Shown one piece after another: positions 1-8,913 of a DNA stretch of 32,000 nt. The first letter of the stretch is position 1; each line of letters begins with the position of its first letter. This DNA is from Halomicronema hongdechloris C2206. GTDB taxonomy: Bacteria > Cyanobacteriota > Cyanobacteriia > Phormidesmidales > Phormidesmidaceae. The stretch spans positions 2,820,001-2,852,000 of the forward strand of contig NZ_CP021983.2 in NCBI RefSeq assembly GCF_002075285.3, given 5' to 3'. Position numbers and translations under genes: made by a program. The notes beneath the pieces are model-generated. The model was not told the origin of the DNA. It ran no database searches and saw nothing but the letters and a program-made list of their open reading frames with translations.

Positions 1-210
1 GCTCAACTCAACCGAGGGGATGAATACCTGATTTGGCAGTCAGGTGACAGCATACACCTGCAAAAAATTCATAAGCCATCCTCCTTTGAAGATCTCATGG
101 CCAGAGTGGATGCCCTCGGGCCAGATCCCGACCAGCTCAACATGGAAGAAATCACCAACCTGGTCAAAGAAGTGCGGCGAGACATGCAACAGAGTAATCA
201 TCAAGAATGA
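1..210 (+). CDS. AbrB/SpoVT-type antitoxin (VapB-like), C-terminal part; 5' end lies outside the window
   Basis: Seen: frame 1 is open from base 1 to TGA 208-210 (..NRGDEYLIWQSGDSIHLQKIHKPSSFEDLMARVDALGPDPDQLNMEEITNLVKEVRRDMQQSNHQE). The stop overlaps the next ATG (ATGA, 207-210). Known: this strand pattern plus an acidic tail is typical of AbrB-fold antitoxins paired with PIN toxins. The family call is motif recall only. Confidence 0.5.
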   Translation, partial: AQLNRGDEYLIWQSGDSIHLQKIHKPSSFEDLMARVDALGPDPDQLNMEEITNLVKEVRRDMQQSNHQE

Positions 211-356
211 ACCTCGTCATTGATACCAATGCGATCGCAAGTAGCGTCGACGCAATTGTAACTGGTGATCTCGACCTACTAGTGCTCACCGAATTTTCCG
301 GCATTCCTATCCTCACTCCCCAGGACTTCTTCACCCGCTATTTTCCTGACCAATAG
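207..356 (+). pseudogene. PIN-domain (VapC-like) toxin remnant, 49 codons, apparent internal deletion
   Basis: Seen: ATG 207 to TAG 354-356 gives MNLVIDTNAIASSVDAIVTGDLDLLVLTEFSGIPILTPQDFFTRYFPDQ. Known: MxxVIDTN is the PIN N-terminus and AxxIVTGDxDLLxL..GIxIxTPxxF is the PIN C-terminus; normal PIN toxins are roughly 130-140 aa. Inference: about 90 central codons are missing. A HIP1 site (229-236) lies at the apparent junction. Confidence 0.45.
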
Positions 357-371
357 CAACCTTCACCAGTC

Positions 372-953
372 ATGCAAGACGATTATCTTCCCCTGGCTTA
401 CCTCAATGCCTGGGAATATTGCCCCCGCCGCTTTTACCTGGAATACCAACTGGGGGAAATGGCCGACAACGAACACATTATTCTGGGGCGCCACCTGCAC
501 CGGGTCGTAGACGACGAAGGCCAACAGTACGACGGCGATATCTTGACGCGACGCCACCAGTGGGTGTGGAGCGATCGTCTCCGAGTCAAAGGCGTCATCG
601 ACTTGGTCGAGCAGCAAGGGGATCAGCTCATCCCCGTAGAGTTCAAGAAAGGAGCCATGGGACGGCACCTGAGTGATCACTTTCAGCTTTGTGCCGCCGG
701 GCTCTGCCTGGAAGAACGCACTCAACAGCCCATCACCCATGGCGAGATTTTTTATCACAGCAACCGACGACGACAGCACGTTCCATTTACCCCAGAGCTG
801 CGTCAGGCGACAGAAGACGCCATTCTAGCCGCCCACGATTCGTTGAATGCCCCCATTCCTAAGCCGATTACCAACAAGCGCAAGTGCCAGGCCTGTAGCT
901 TGCAGGGGATCTGCCTGCCGTTTGAAGTCAACCTTCTTCGCGAAACCACTTAA
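372..953 (+). CDS. cas4: CRISPR-associated exonuclease Cas4
   Basis: Seen: 193-aa ORF with an N-terminal Cys (EYCPRRFY), a RecB-like D..E.K block (VIDLVEQQGDQLIPVEFKKG) and a C-terminal CQACSLQGIC cysteine cluster. Its stop lies 2 nt before the cas1 ATG. Known: this is the Cas4 nuclease/Fe-S signature. Confidence 0.9.
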   Translation: MQDDYLPLAYLNAWEYCPRRFYLEYQLGEMADNEHIILGRHLHRVVDDEGQQYDGDILTRRHQWVWSDRLRVKGVIDLVEQQGDQLIPVEFKKGAMGRHLSDHFQLCAAGLCLEERTQQPITHGEIFYHSNRRRQHVPFTPELRQATEDAILAAHDSLNAPIPKPITNKRKCQACSLQGICLPFEVNLLRETT

Positions 954-955
954 CG

Positions 956-1933
956 ATGACTACGCTCTACGTTACCCAACCCGACGCTGTTCTCAGCAAA
1001 AAATACGAAGCCTTTGCCGTCGCCCTGCGCCAAGAGGATGGGTCCTGGCAGAAACGCTCTGTCCCTGCTCAAACAGTTGAACAGGTCATTCTCATGGGTA
1101 ATCCCCAGATTACAGGGGATGCCCTCACCTATGCTCTGGAACTGGGGCTACCGGTTCATTACCTGACCAGTTTCGGGAAGTATTTGGGCTCGGCCCTGCC
1201 GGGGCACTCTCGCAACGGTCAACTGCGACTGGCCCAATACGCTCTCCACATAGATCCAGACCGGCGATTGGCACTAGTTCAAGCCATTGTGGAGGCAAAG
1301 ATTCATAATCAGTTCAGTGTGCTCTATCGCCACGGACAATCCGATAACCCTCTGAAGCATCGGAAAAAAGCGACCCGGAAGCAGAAGACTCTGGACAAGG
1401 TTCGCGGCATAGAGGGGATGGCGGCCAGAGAATATTTTGCCTGCTGGCCTGCCATGCTCAAGCAAGATTGGGGGTTTACCGGGCGCAATCGCCGTCCTGC
1501 TAGAGATCCGGTCAATGCTTTGCTGAGTTTTGCCTATGCCCTGCTGCAGGTACAGGTTACGGCAGCTATCCATCTGGCAGGGCTAGATCCCTATGTTGGC
1601 TATCTCCACGAAGTACACCACGGACAACCGGCGCTGGTACTGGATGTGATGGAAGAGTTTCGTCCCCTTATTGCCGACAACTTGGTGCTAGCGGTGATCA
1701 ATAACCGCGAGATTCAACCTCAAGACTTTACTGAGAGCCTGGGAGCCTATACTCTATCCGACCGTGGCAGAAAAACCTTCCTACAAGCCTTTGAACGCAA
1801 AATGACGGATGAGTTCAAACATCCGGTATTTGATTACCGCTGCACTTATCGGCGAGCCGTTGAACTTCAGGCCAGGTTGCTCAGTCGCCATCTTCAGGAG
1901 GCTATTCCCTACAAACCTCTGATGCTGCGCTGA
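956..1933 (+). CDS. cas1: CRISPR-associated integrase Cas1
   Basis: Seen: 325-aa ORF with EGMAAREYF, RRPARDPVNALLSFAYALL, YLHE and LVLDVMEEFRP blocks, flanked by cas4 and cas2. Known: these are the conserved Cas1 catalytic Glu/His/Asp regions. Confidence 0.95.
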   Translation: MTTLYVTQPDAVLSKKYEAFAVALRQEDGSWQKRSVPAQTVEQVILMGNPQITGDALTYALELGLPVHYLTSFGKYLGSALPGHSRNGQLRLAQYALHIDPDRRLALVQAIVEAKIHNQFSVLYRHGQSDNPLKHRKKATRKQKTLDKVRGIEGMAAREYFACWPAMLKQDWGFTGRNRRPARDPVNALLSFAYALLQVQVTAAIHLAGLDPYVGYLHEVHHGQPALVLDVMEEFRPLIADNLVLAVINNREIQPQDFTESLGAYTLSDRGRKTFLQAFERKMTDEFKHPVFDYRCTYRRAVELQARLLSRHLQEAIPYKPLMLR

Positions 1934-1990
1934 CCTTTGTACCTGCCGCTTCAGTACATCGAATGTTGTTGCTCCTTCCATAATCCTGCA

Positions 1991-2287
1991 ATGGCCATCA
2001 AGCTCCTGTACCTCATCATCTATGACCTGCCCGATGACAAGGCGGCGAACAAGCGGCGCAATCGCTTGCATAAGATGCTCTCTGGGTACGGGGAATGGAC
2101 CCAGTACAGTGTATTTGAGTGCTTCTTGACAGCCACTCAGTTCGCCCGGCTGCAAATACAGATCGAGCGCCTGATTAAGCCGGAGACAGACTCGGTGAGA
2201 ATCTATATTTTGGATACCGGAGCAATTAAACGAACCCTGGTTTATGGCTCTAAAAGGCCCAGACAACCCGAAGCTATCATCCTATGA
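1991..2287 (+). CDS. cas2: CRISPR-associated endoribonuclease Cas2
   Basis: Seen: MAIKLLYLIIYDLPDDKAANKRRNRLHKMLSGYGEWTQYSVFEC.. (98 aa). Known: LYxIxYD...YGxxxQxSVFEC is the Cas2 ferredoxin-fold signature. The tracked ORF starts at TTG 1937; ATG 1991 gives the canonical Cas2 N-terminus. Confidence 0.88.
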   Translation: MAIKLLYLIIYDLPDDKAANKRRNRLHKMLSGYGEWTQYSVFECFLTATQFARLQIQIERLIKPETDSVRIYILDTGAIKRTLVYGSKRPRQPEAIIL

Positions 2288-2495
2288 TGGGAAGGTAGCA
2301 GATTTCTGGCAAACCTAAGCATCCCCAATTTGCCTAGGGGGTTCGCCAAAACCTTAGAACCTTGAAAATTCAATACTTTTGTCCAGGATAGCTCTGCCTT
2401 GGCAGATATCTAGGCAGAGGATATGCTGTCTTAAATGTCGGGTTTGCCAAGATAGGCGGCATATCCCTGTGTCTGGCAAGCTTTTAAGAAGCGCA
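2288..2495 (+). promoter_or_regulatory. Putative CRISPR leader of array 1
   Basis: Seen: a 208-bp non-coding gap between the cas2 stop and the first repeat. The opposite end of the array carries the truncated repeat. Inference: this is the leader-proximal end. No convincing -35/-10 pair was identified by eye. Confidence 0.5.
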
Positions 2496-3546
2496 CTCGC
2501 CAACTTCTAAATCTCGGCAACGAGACTGAAACTTGTCCTCAGTCCGGTATTTGGCGGTTTCTGCGGCGCTCGCCAACTTCTAAATCTCGGCAACGAGACT
2601 GAAACGCTTACTCAGAAAGGGAGGTCAAGAAGGTCCTCTTTCTCGCCAACTTCTAAATCTCGGCAACGAGACTGAAACAGGAAAATGCAACGATATTTTG
2701 TGATTGAGCCCTTCTCGCCAACTTCTAAATCTCGGCAACGAGACTGAAACGCGGCTAAGATGCGGCAATAGCACGACACTATGCCTACTCGCCAACTTCT
2801 AAATCTCGGCAACGAGACTGAAACCGATCAGTCAAGGTGGTGTGGGACAACCTGCTGCCTCTCGCCAACTTCTAAATCTCGGCAACGAGACTGAAACGCC
2901 AAGTGGCGGGGGAGTGGGGCATGGGCCAGTGAGTACTCGCCAACTTCTAAATCTCGGCAACGAGGACTGAAACCTAGCAGTGAGATATATGGTGAACGCT
3001 CCCCCCAGGCTCTCGCCAACTTCTAAATCTCGGCAACGAGACTGAAACACAGCAAAGATGCCAGTAATGCCGTGCAGTACAGCTCGCCAACTTCTAAATC
3101 TCGGCAACGAGACTGAAACCGCCCCATGTAGGTACGCCCCACGCAGGTTAGCCCTCTCGCCAACTTCTAAATCTCGGCAACGAGACTGAAACCGACCCTG
3201 TGGGCCGACTGTGGTTGGCCTGTAGAGCTCGCCAACTTCTAAATCTCGGCAACGAGACTGAAACAGATCCCTTATCCCGATGCGTCCACTCCGAACACAG
3301 CTCGCCAACTTCTAAATCTCGGCAACGAGACTGAAACCTATCCAAGCGGACGATCGATTTGCCGTTGGTGTCAGCTCGCCAACTTCTAAATCTCGGCAAC
3401 GAGACTGAAACATGCCAGAGCCTACCACCAGCAGCACCCCTGCCAACTCGCCAACTTCTAAATCTCGGCAACGAGACTGAAACGCTAAATAACTGGCGCA
3501 AGCATTGACTTGGGATACTCTCGCCAACTTCTAAATCTCGGCAACG
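2496..3546 (+). CRISPR. CRISPR array 1: 14 full repeats plus 1 truncated terminal repeat, 14 spacers
   Basis: Seen: the 37-nt repeat CTCGCCAACTTCTAAATCTCGGCAACGAGACTGAAAC starts at 2496, 2569, 2642, 2714, 2788, 2861, 2936 (38 nt, extra G), 3012, 3083, 3156, 3228, 3301, 3375 and 3447. A 27-nt truncated copy lies at 3520-3546. Spacers are unique and 34-38 nt long. The repeat has an internal hairpin TCTCG-GCAA-CGAGA followed by ACTGAAAC. Known/recall: the 3' GACTGAAAC end and overall layout resemble the Synechocystis 6803 CRISPR1 (type I-D) repeat as I remember it. Confidence 0.97.
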
Positions 3547-3666
3547 GTGATCGATAACTCAGGGCAGCACATCGACGAGTCCCATCAGCAACAGGTCGAA
3601 ACCGATCAACGATTCCACCAGCCCCATCCAGCCCCGTAGCCGCAGACACTAGCCCACCAGCCAGGG

Positions 3667-4518
3667 CTAGGTCGCCACTTCTCGGGCCAATGTATCCAAC
3701 AGCGCCTGCATTTGTGTGACCACAATGTCATGGCAGGCCATGACATAGGTCCGATCCCGCAAGGTATCGCGACCATAGTGAGGAAAGCGAATCGGTTGCC
3801 CCACCCGGGTATGAATCTGGACCGGCAGGGGAATATTAGGCAATGCTCCCAGGGACACCCCCCATGGTAGGCCCAGATAGATAGGAAACACCTCCGGATC
3901 GGTGTTAAACAGCCAGGGCATGCCCAGCCGATGCAGATATTTGGCTTGGTCGTAACAGTCTTCCAGCACGATCAAGCTATCATGGGCCCCCCAGGAGACC
4001 AGGGGCACAATAGTGGCCCCCTGGCGCAAGGCCAGTTTAATGAAGCCAGTGCGACCAGCCAAGTGAATGCGATGGCGTAGCCGATGGGGCCGAAAGCTAT
4101 CCTGGGCTCCCCCTGGATACACCAATACATGGGCGCCCTGGGCCAGAGCGGCAATGGCCATCTTAGGATGGGCCCGTATGGCTCCTAAGGAGGCCGCCAC
4201 TTGGGCTGTCTTAGGAAATATCTGCCACACTTTGGGATGCATCAGGCCGTAAATGGGCTGCTCCAGACCGAAGCGGCGATACCAGTCATACATGAACATA
4301 GGCAGATCCGGCGTGGCCAGACCGCCATTGTGGGAACCGACAAATAGCAATGGGCCATCCTGGGGAATATGCTGCCAGCCGTCAGTATCTACCCGAAAGT
4401 AGTACTGATAGAGCCATCGCCACAGGCGCATCATCGCCGCGATAGCAGCTGGGTCTCGGTCCTTGAGAGACCAGCCCTGACAGCAATCCTGAGGACTAGC
4501 ACGATTCTGCAGATTCAC
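3667..4518 (-). CDS. Acyltransferase, LPLAT/PlsC superfamily (possibly DGAT2/phytyl-ester-synthase-like)
   Basis: Seen: 283-aa ORF (GTG start) with YFRVDTDGWQHIPQDGPLLFVGSHNGGLATPD and VYPGGAQD blocks. It lies 30 nt downstream of pyrG on the same strand. Known: these resemble acyltransferase motifs I and III. The subfamily is uncertain. Confidence 0.65.
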   Translation of the reverse strand: MNLQNRASPQDCCQGWSLKDRDPAAIAAMMRLWRWLYQYYFRVDTDGWQHIPQDGPLLFVGSHNGGLATPDLPMFMYDWYRRFGLEQPIYGLMHPKVWQIFPKTAQVAASLGAIRAHPKMAIAALAQGAHVLVYPGGAQDSFRPHRLRHRIHLAGRTGFIKLALRQGATIVPLVSWGAHDSLIVLEDCYDQAKYLHRLGMPWLFNTDPEVFPIYLGLPWGVSLGALPNIPLPVQIHTRVGQPIRFPHYGRDTLRDRTYVMACHDIVVTQMQALLDTLAREVAT

Positions 4519-4548
4519 TCCATCGCCTCATTACTGCCCAATCCTGAC

Positions 4549-6219
<1,671 letters not shown>

Positions 6220-6459
6220 TTAGCTAACCCAGGCCAATGGCAATGGAGACCAAGTCCAACTGCAGATCTGACGCTTTACCCAGGGAAAAGCAACCGATCT
6301 AGCGCTGAACGTGGTACAACCCGTTTATTTTGCCACAGCCCTTAGAAGGTGAGGGGGAAGAATCGACAGACGGGCCCCATTCTCTGGCCAAAGCGGTGGA
6401 CATTAGCGGATATGGATCTACAGTGATGGTGATTACACCAAGATTTTGCCATGACCCGG

Positions 6460-6798
6460 CCACAGTTTGGGATGGTGACACGCTAGGCCAGGCTTTGCTA
6501 TTGGGAGGCAGGCTTTACCACCTGAGACTTGGCTGACCATGTTGCTGACAGCCATGGCGTCAGCATGGCTAATGTGGCAGTACGTTACGTGTTAGAGCAG
6601 CCAACGGTGGCGGGTGCTATTGTAGGGGCGCGACTGAGCATTGCCGAACACATAATTGCCGAACACATAGAGGATAATAGCCGGGTGTTTGATTTTGCCT
6701 TAACCGACTCAGACCAGGCTCGGCTGCAGGCCGCCTGCCAGGGTAGCCATGACTTATTTCAGCTGATTGGAGACTGTGGCGATGAATATCGTCGCTGA
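6460..6798 (+). pseudogene. Aldo/keto reductase 3' remnant
   Basis: Seen: ORF 6529-6798 reads ..HGVSMANVAVRYVLEQPTVAGAIVGARLSIAEHI..EDNSRVFDFALTDSDQARL...LIGDCGDEYRR. A weaker matching piece (WDGDTLGQALL) sits upstream in another frame. Only about 585 bp separate the pyrG start from this stop. Known: the text matches AKR C-termini, and full AKRs are about 300+ aa. Inference: a truncated, decaying gene. Confidence 0.55.
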
Positions 6799-6810
6799 AT
6801 ACTGGCATTC

Positions 6811-7515
6811 ATGATTGCTGCTATGCCTCCCGTTCGATCTCGCCCCCTACTCTATCTGGTGTGCTCACTCGCGTTGATAATCACCCTGGTGCTGGCTAAG
6901 GGGGGAATTGCCTGGGTCAGTGAGAGCTACATTTACAGTCTGCCGATGATAGGCGGCTTGTTTAAGAGCCTAGAAGTGCTGGAGCTGAGCAATATTATTA
7001 TCTTTGCCCTCTTGGGCTTAGGACTAGGGGCGGCCACCGTTTATCTGAGCCATCGCACGCCCATAGCCCTGAGAGGACTGCTGTTAGTGCTGGCGATTCC
7101 AATTGTGTTTTCAGCCAGTTACTGGGTGCGGCAAACCCTCTGGATTCAAGCCGTGAGTGAGACGGCCAATATTCCCCATCAGCAGGCGGTGCAGCTCACG
7201 AATCAGGTACTCAGACAGGAAACTGGCACGGCAGGATTTATTGGCTTTTTCCGCTACACCACTCGGGTGCCATTGCTGCCGACCTCCCCCTCAGAACTAC
7301 AACAGCTGGCAGAGGATGAGCGCTGGTTGCGCTCAGAGTTGACCCGCTTCAGTGGGGTAGAACCCGGTATTTTCTCGATGGCCTTCGAAAGCGCTGGCTG
7401 GGGAATTCGGGGATTTTACATGCTGTTGGCCCTGCTAACCGCCGTCATTTACTTTGTTAAGGGGCAGACCTGGGCTGAGGCGGCTCGATTGCGGCGAGCC
7501 TCACGACGGTCGTAG
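6811..7515 (+). CDS. Hypothetical multi-pass membrane protein
   Basis: Seen: 234-aa ORF with several long hydrophobic segments (LLYLVCSLALIITLVL, IIIFALLGLGLGAATVYL, LLLVLAIPIVF, FYMLLALLTAVIYFV). No recognisable family. Confidence 0.55.
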   Translation: MIAAMPPVRSRPLLYLVCSLALIITLVLAKGGIAWVSESYIYSLPMIGGLFKSLEVLELSNIIIFALLGLGLGAATVYLSHRTPIALRGLLLVLAIPIVFSASYWVRQTLWIQAVSETANIPHQQAVQLTNQVLRQETGTAGFIGFFRYTTRVPLLPTSPSELQQLAEDERWLRSELTRFSGVEPGIFSMAFESAGWGIRGFYMLLALLTAVIYFVKGQTWAEAARLRRASRRS

Positions 7516-7528
7516 AAGTCATGCAAAT

Positions 7529-7696
7529 CGCGATCGCACCTACTCACGTCGCGGTCAAAGTAACTCACGGCGCGATCAGAGTTACTCGCATCACGATCGC
7601 ACTTACTCACGTCGCAATCAAAGTTACTCACGCCGCGATCGCACCTACTCACGGCCCGATGCGAGCAACTTACGTCATGATCAAAGCAACTATTAC
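7529..7696. repeat. Tandem repeat, 8 head-to-tail units of 21 bp
   Basis: Seen: the units start at 7529, 7550, 7571, 7592, 7613, 7634, 7655 and 7676. Examples are CGCGATCGCACCTACTCACGT, CGCGGTCAAAGTAACTCACGG and CGCGATCAGAGTTACTCGCAT. Each carries a (T)TACTCAC/TTACTCGC core, and two carry HIP1. The repeat begins 14 nt after the 6811-7515 stop. It has no stop codon in at least three reading frames, two on the plus strand and one on the minus strand. Confidence 0.9.
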
Positions 7697-8010
7697 CTGG
7701 CTATCAGTAACCCTGGAACGAGACCGACAGTGCCGAATCTAGCAATTTTCCGGATCAGACAGGATCTATCACTAAAATCCAGGTATTTGACTATGTTAAC
7801 GACCATATGCTCCCAGTCCTGTGGGGGTCTGTCCATCGCCGAAACCCCCATTCTCTCGTCGACCCCACCAGATTGCTTTCCAGCTAAGGGATACAGACGT
7901 TTTCCACAGGGCCTTGTTGCGATATTTTCTCATGTAGATCGACGATCTCTTGACCCCCTCAGAAATGGTGGTCTAGAATATAGGCGTGGTAGGCCTTTCA
8001 GAGGCCGACC

Positions 8011-8403
8011 CTTCCCACTCAGTGGGAAACTAATTGAATGGAAACCAAAAGCCCACTCCACGTGTAGGATCTACCCACCCCTTCCCACTCAGTGGGAAAC
8101 TAATTGAATGGAAACCTGCCAGCTTGTGCTGGTATGTGTGGTGAAGTAGAAGTCTTCCCACTCAGTGGGAAACTAATTGAATGGAAACACCTCAACGGGT
8201 ACTAAAGCCCCGTCAACAACGGCTGCTTCCCACTCAGTGGGAAACTAATTGAATGGAAACTGTACACGTTGAGACGACGCCTCGGTAGGTGGCGAATCTT
8301 CCCACTCAGTGGGAAACTAATTGAATGGAAACCCTCGCTCTACCCTGGAGTTGTAATTTCTCCAAAAACTTCCCACTCAGTGGGAAACTAATTGAATGGA
8401 AAC
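8011..8403 (+). CRISPR. CRISPR array 2: 6 repeats, 5 spacers, no cas gene adjacent
   Basis: Seen: the 35-nt repeat CTTCCCACTCAGTGGGAAACTAATTGAATGGAAAC occurs at 8011, 8081, 8154, 8226, 8298 and 8369, all identical. Spacers are unique and 35-38 nt long. The repeat contains the hairpin TTCCCAC-TCA-GTGGGAA. Orientation (+) is inferred from the 3' ATGGAAAC end and from a degenerate repeat downstream (8779-8810); it is not certain. Confidence 0.93.
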
Positions 8404-8810
8404 GGCAACCAAGGCAGAAGGATGAAGGATGAAGGATGAAAGGGACATGTCTGACTGTCGTATAGGCCATAATTTTCAAGCCTTTCCACAGTTCTAAAGT
8501 CCTCGATTACTCGCTGCCTTCTGCCTTCTGCCTTCTGCCTTCTGCCTTCTGCCTTTATTTCTGCCTTCCCTATGCCCTCCGGGCAGGCTATGCCAACAGT
8601 TCGACTCCCTTCGGCTTCGTTGCCCCTGCAGTTCGACTTCGCTCACTACGAGCGGGGCCGCTACGCGCTTGGCGGAGCCTGACTGAAAGTCATACAGGAC
8701 AAGCTGCCCTCTGCCTTCCCTTCGGCTTCGCTCAGGACAAGCTGCCCTCTGCCTTCTGCCTTCTGCCTTTATTTCTGCCTTTCTGTCAGGTGGGAAACTA
8801 ATTGAGAGAG
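8404..8810. repeat. Composite of heptamer (STRR-like) and 38-mer repeats, ending in a degenerate CRISPR-2 repeat
   Basis: Seen: AAGGCAG/AAGGATG heptamers lie at 8411-8438 and (CTGCCTT)x6 at 8514-8555; these two arrays are in inverted orientation to each other. Copies of the unit CAGGACAAGCTGCCCTCTGCCTTCCCTTCGGCTTCGCT plus more heptamers occupy 8695-8785. CTTTCTGTCAGGTGGGAAACTAATTGAGAGAG (8779-8810) contains GTGGGAAACTAATTGA, identical to the array-2 repeat core. Confidence 0.7.
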
Positions 8811-8913
8811 CGTTCGCTGAGCGGAGTCGAAGCGAATGTCACACCGCTGGCTGAGCGGTGTGTCCTGAGCTGTAATGAGAATTACCGGTTGTGATCCCTG
8901 CTTGCCAGGCTGG

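Noticed and set aside
1937-1990. TTG-initiated 18-codon extension of cas2
   Set aside because: The extension (YLPLQYIECCCSFHNPA) is not Cas2-like. ATG 1991 restores the canonical Cas2 N-terminal beta-strand.
2612-3527. Five minus-strand ORFs (63-158 aa) with recurring FQSRCRDLEVGE / VSVSLPRFRSWR peptides
   Set aside because: They are translations of the CRISPR-1 repeat in two frames. The periodic identical peptides follow the repeat spacing exactly.
3593-3603. GGTCGAAAC about 50 nt after the truncated last repeat, resembling the repeat 3' end GACTGAAAC
   Set aside because: An 8-9 nt partial match with nothing else of the repeat around it; compatible with chance.
7796-7933. 45-codon minus-strand ORF (MRKYRNKALWKTSVSLSWKAIWWGRRENGG...) in the putative leader of array 2
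   Set aside because: Too short, with no RBS and no recognisable domain. It cannot be distinguished from chance in a GC-rich genome.
7948-7980. CTTGACCCCCTCAGAAATGGTGGTCTAGAATA upstream of array 2 resembles the 5' third of the repeat (CTT..CCC.CTCAG)
   Set aside because: Only the first ~14 nt align and the rest is near random. The spacing to the first repeat (63 nt) is off-register. It is kept in mind because, if real, it would argue for the opposite array orientation.
7449-8107. ORFs 7449-7652 (-), 7454-8107 (+, 217 aa) and 7521-7742 (+)
   Set aside because: They are open only because the 21-bp tandem repeat lacks stops in those frames. The 217-aa ORF also runs through the start of array 2 (..PFPLSGKLIEWKP.. 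repeated). They show no start context or family resemblance.
8598-8640. Two AGTTCGACT(CC) motifs resembling a tRNA T-loop (GGTTCGACTCC)
   Set aside because: No flanking complementary T-stem, acceptor stem or anticodon arm could be drawn. The motif is a direct repeat inside the STRR composite.
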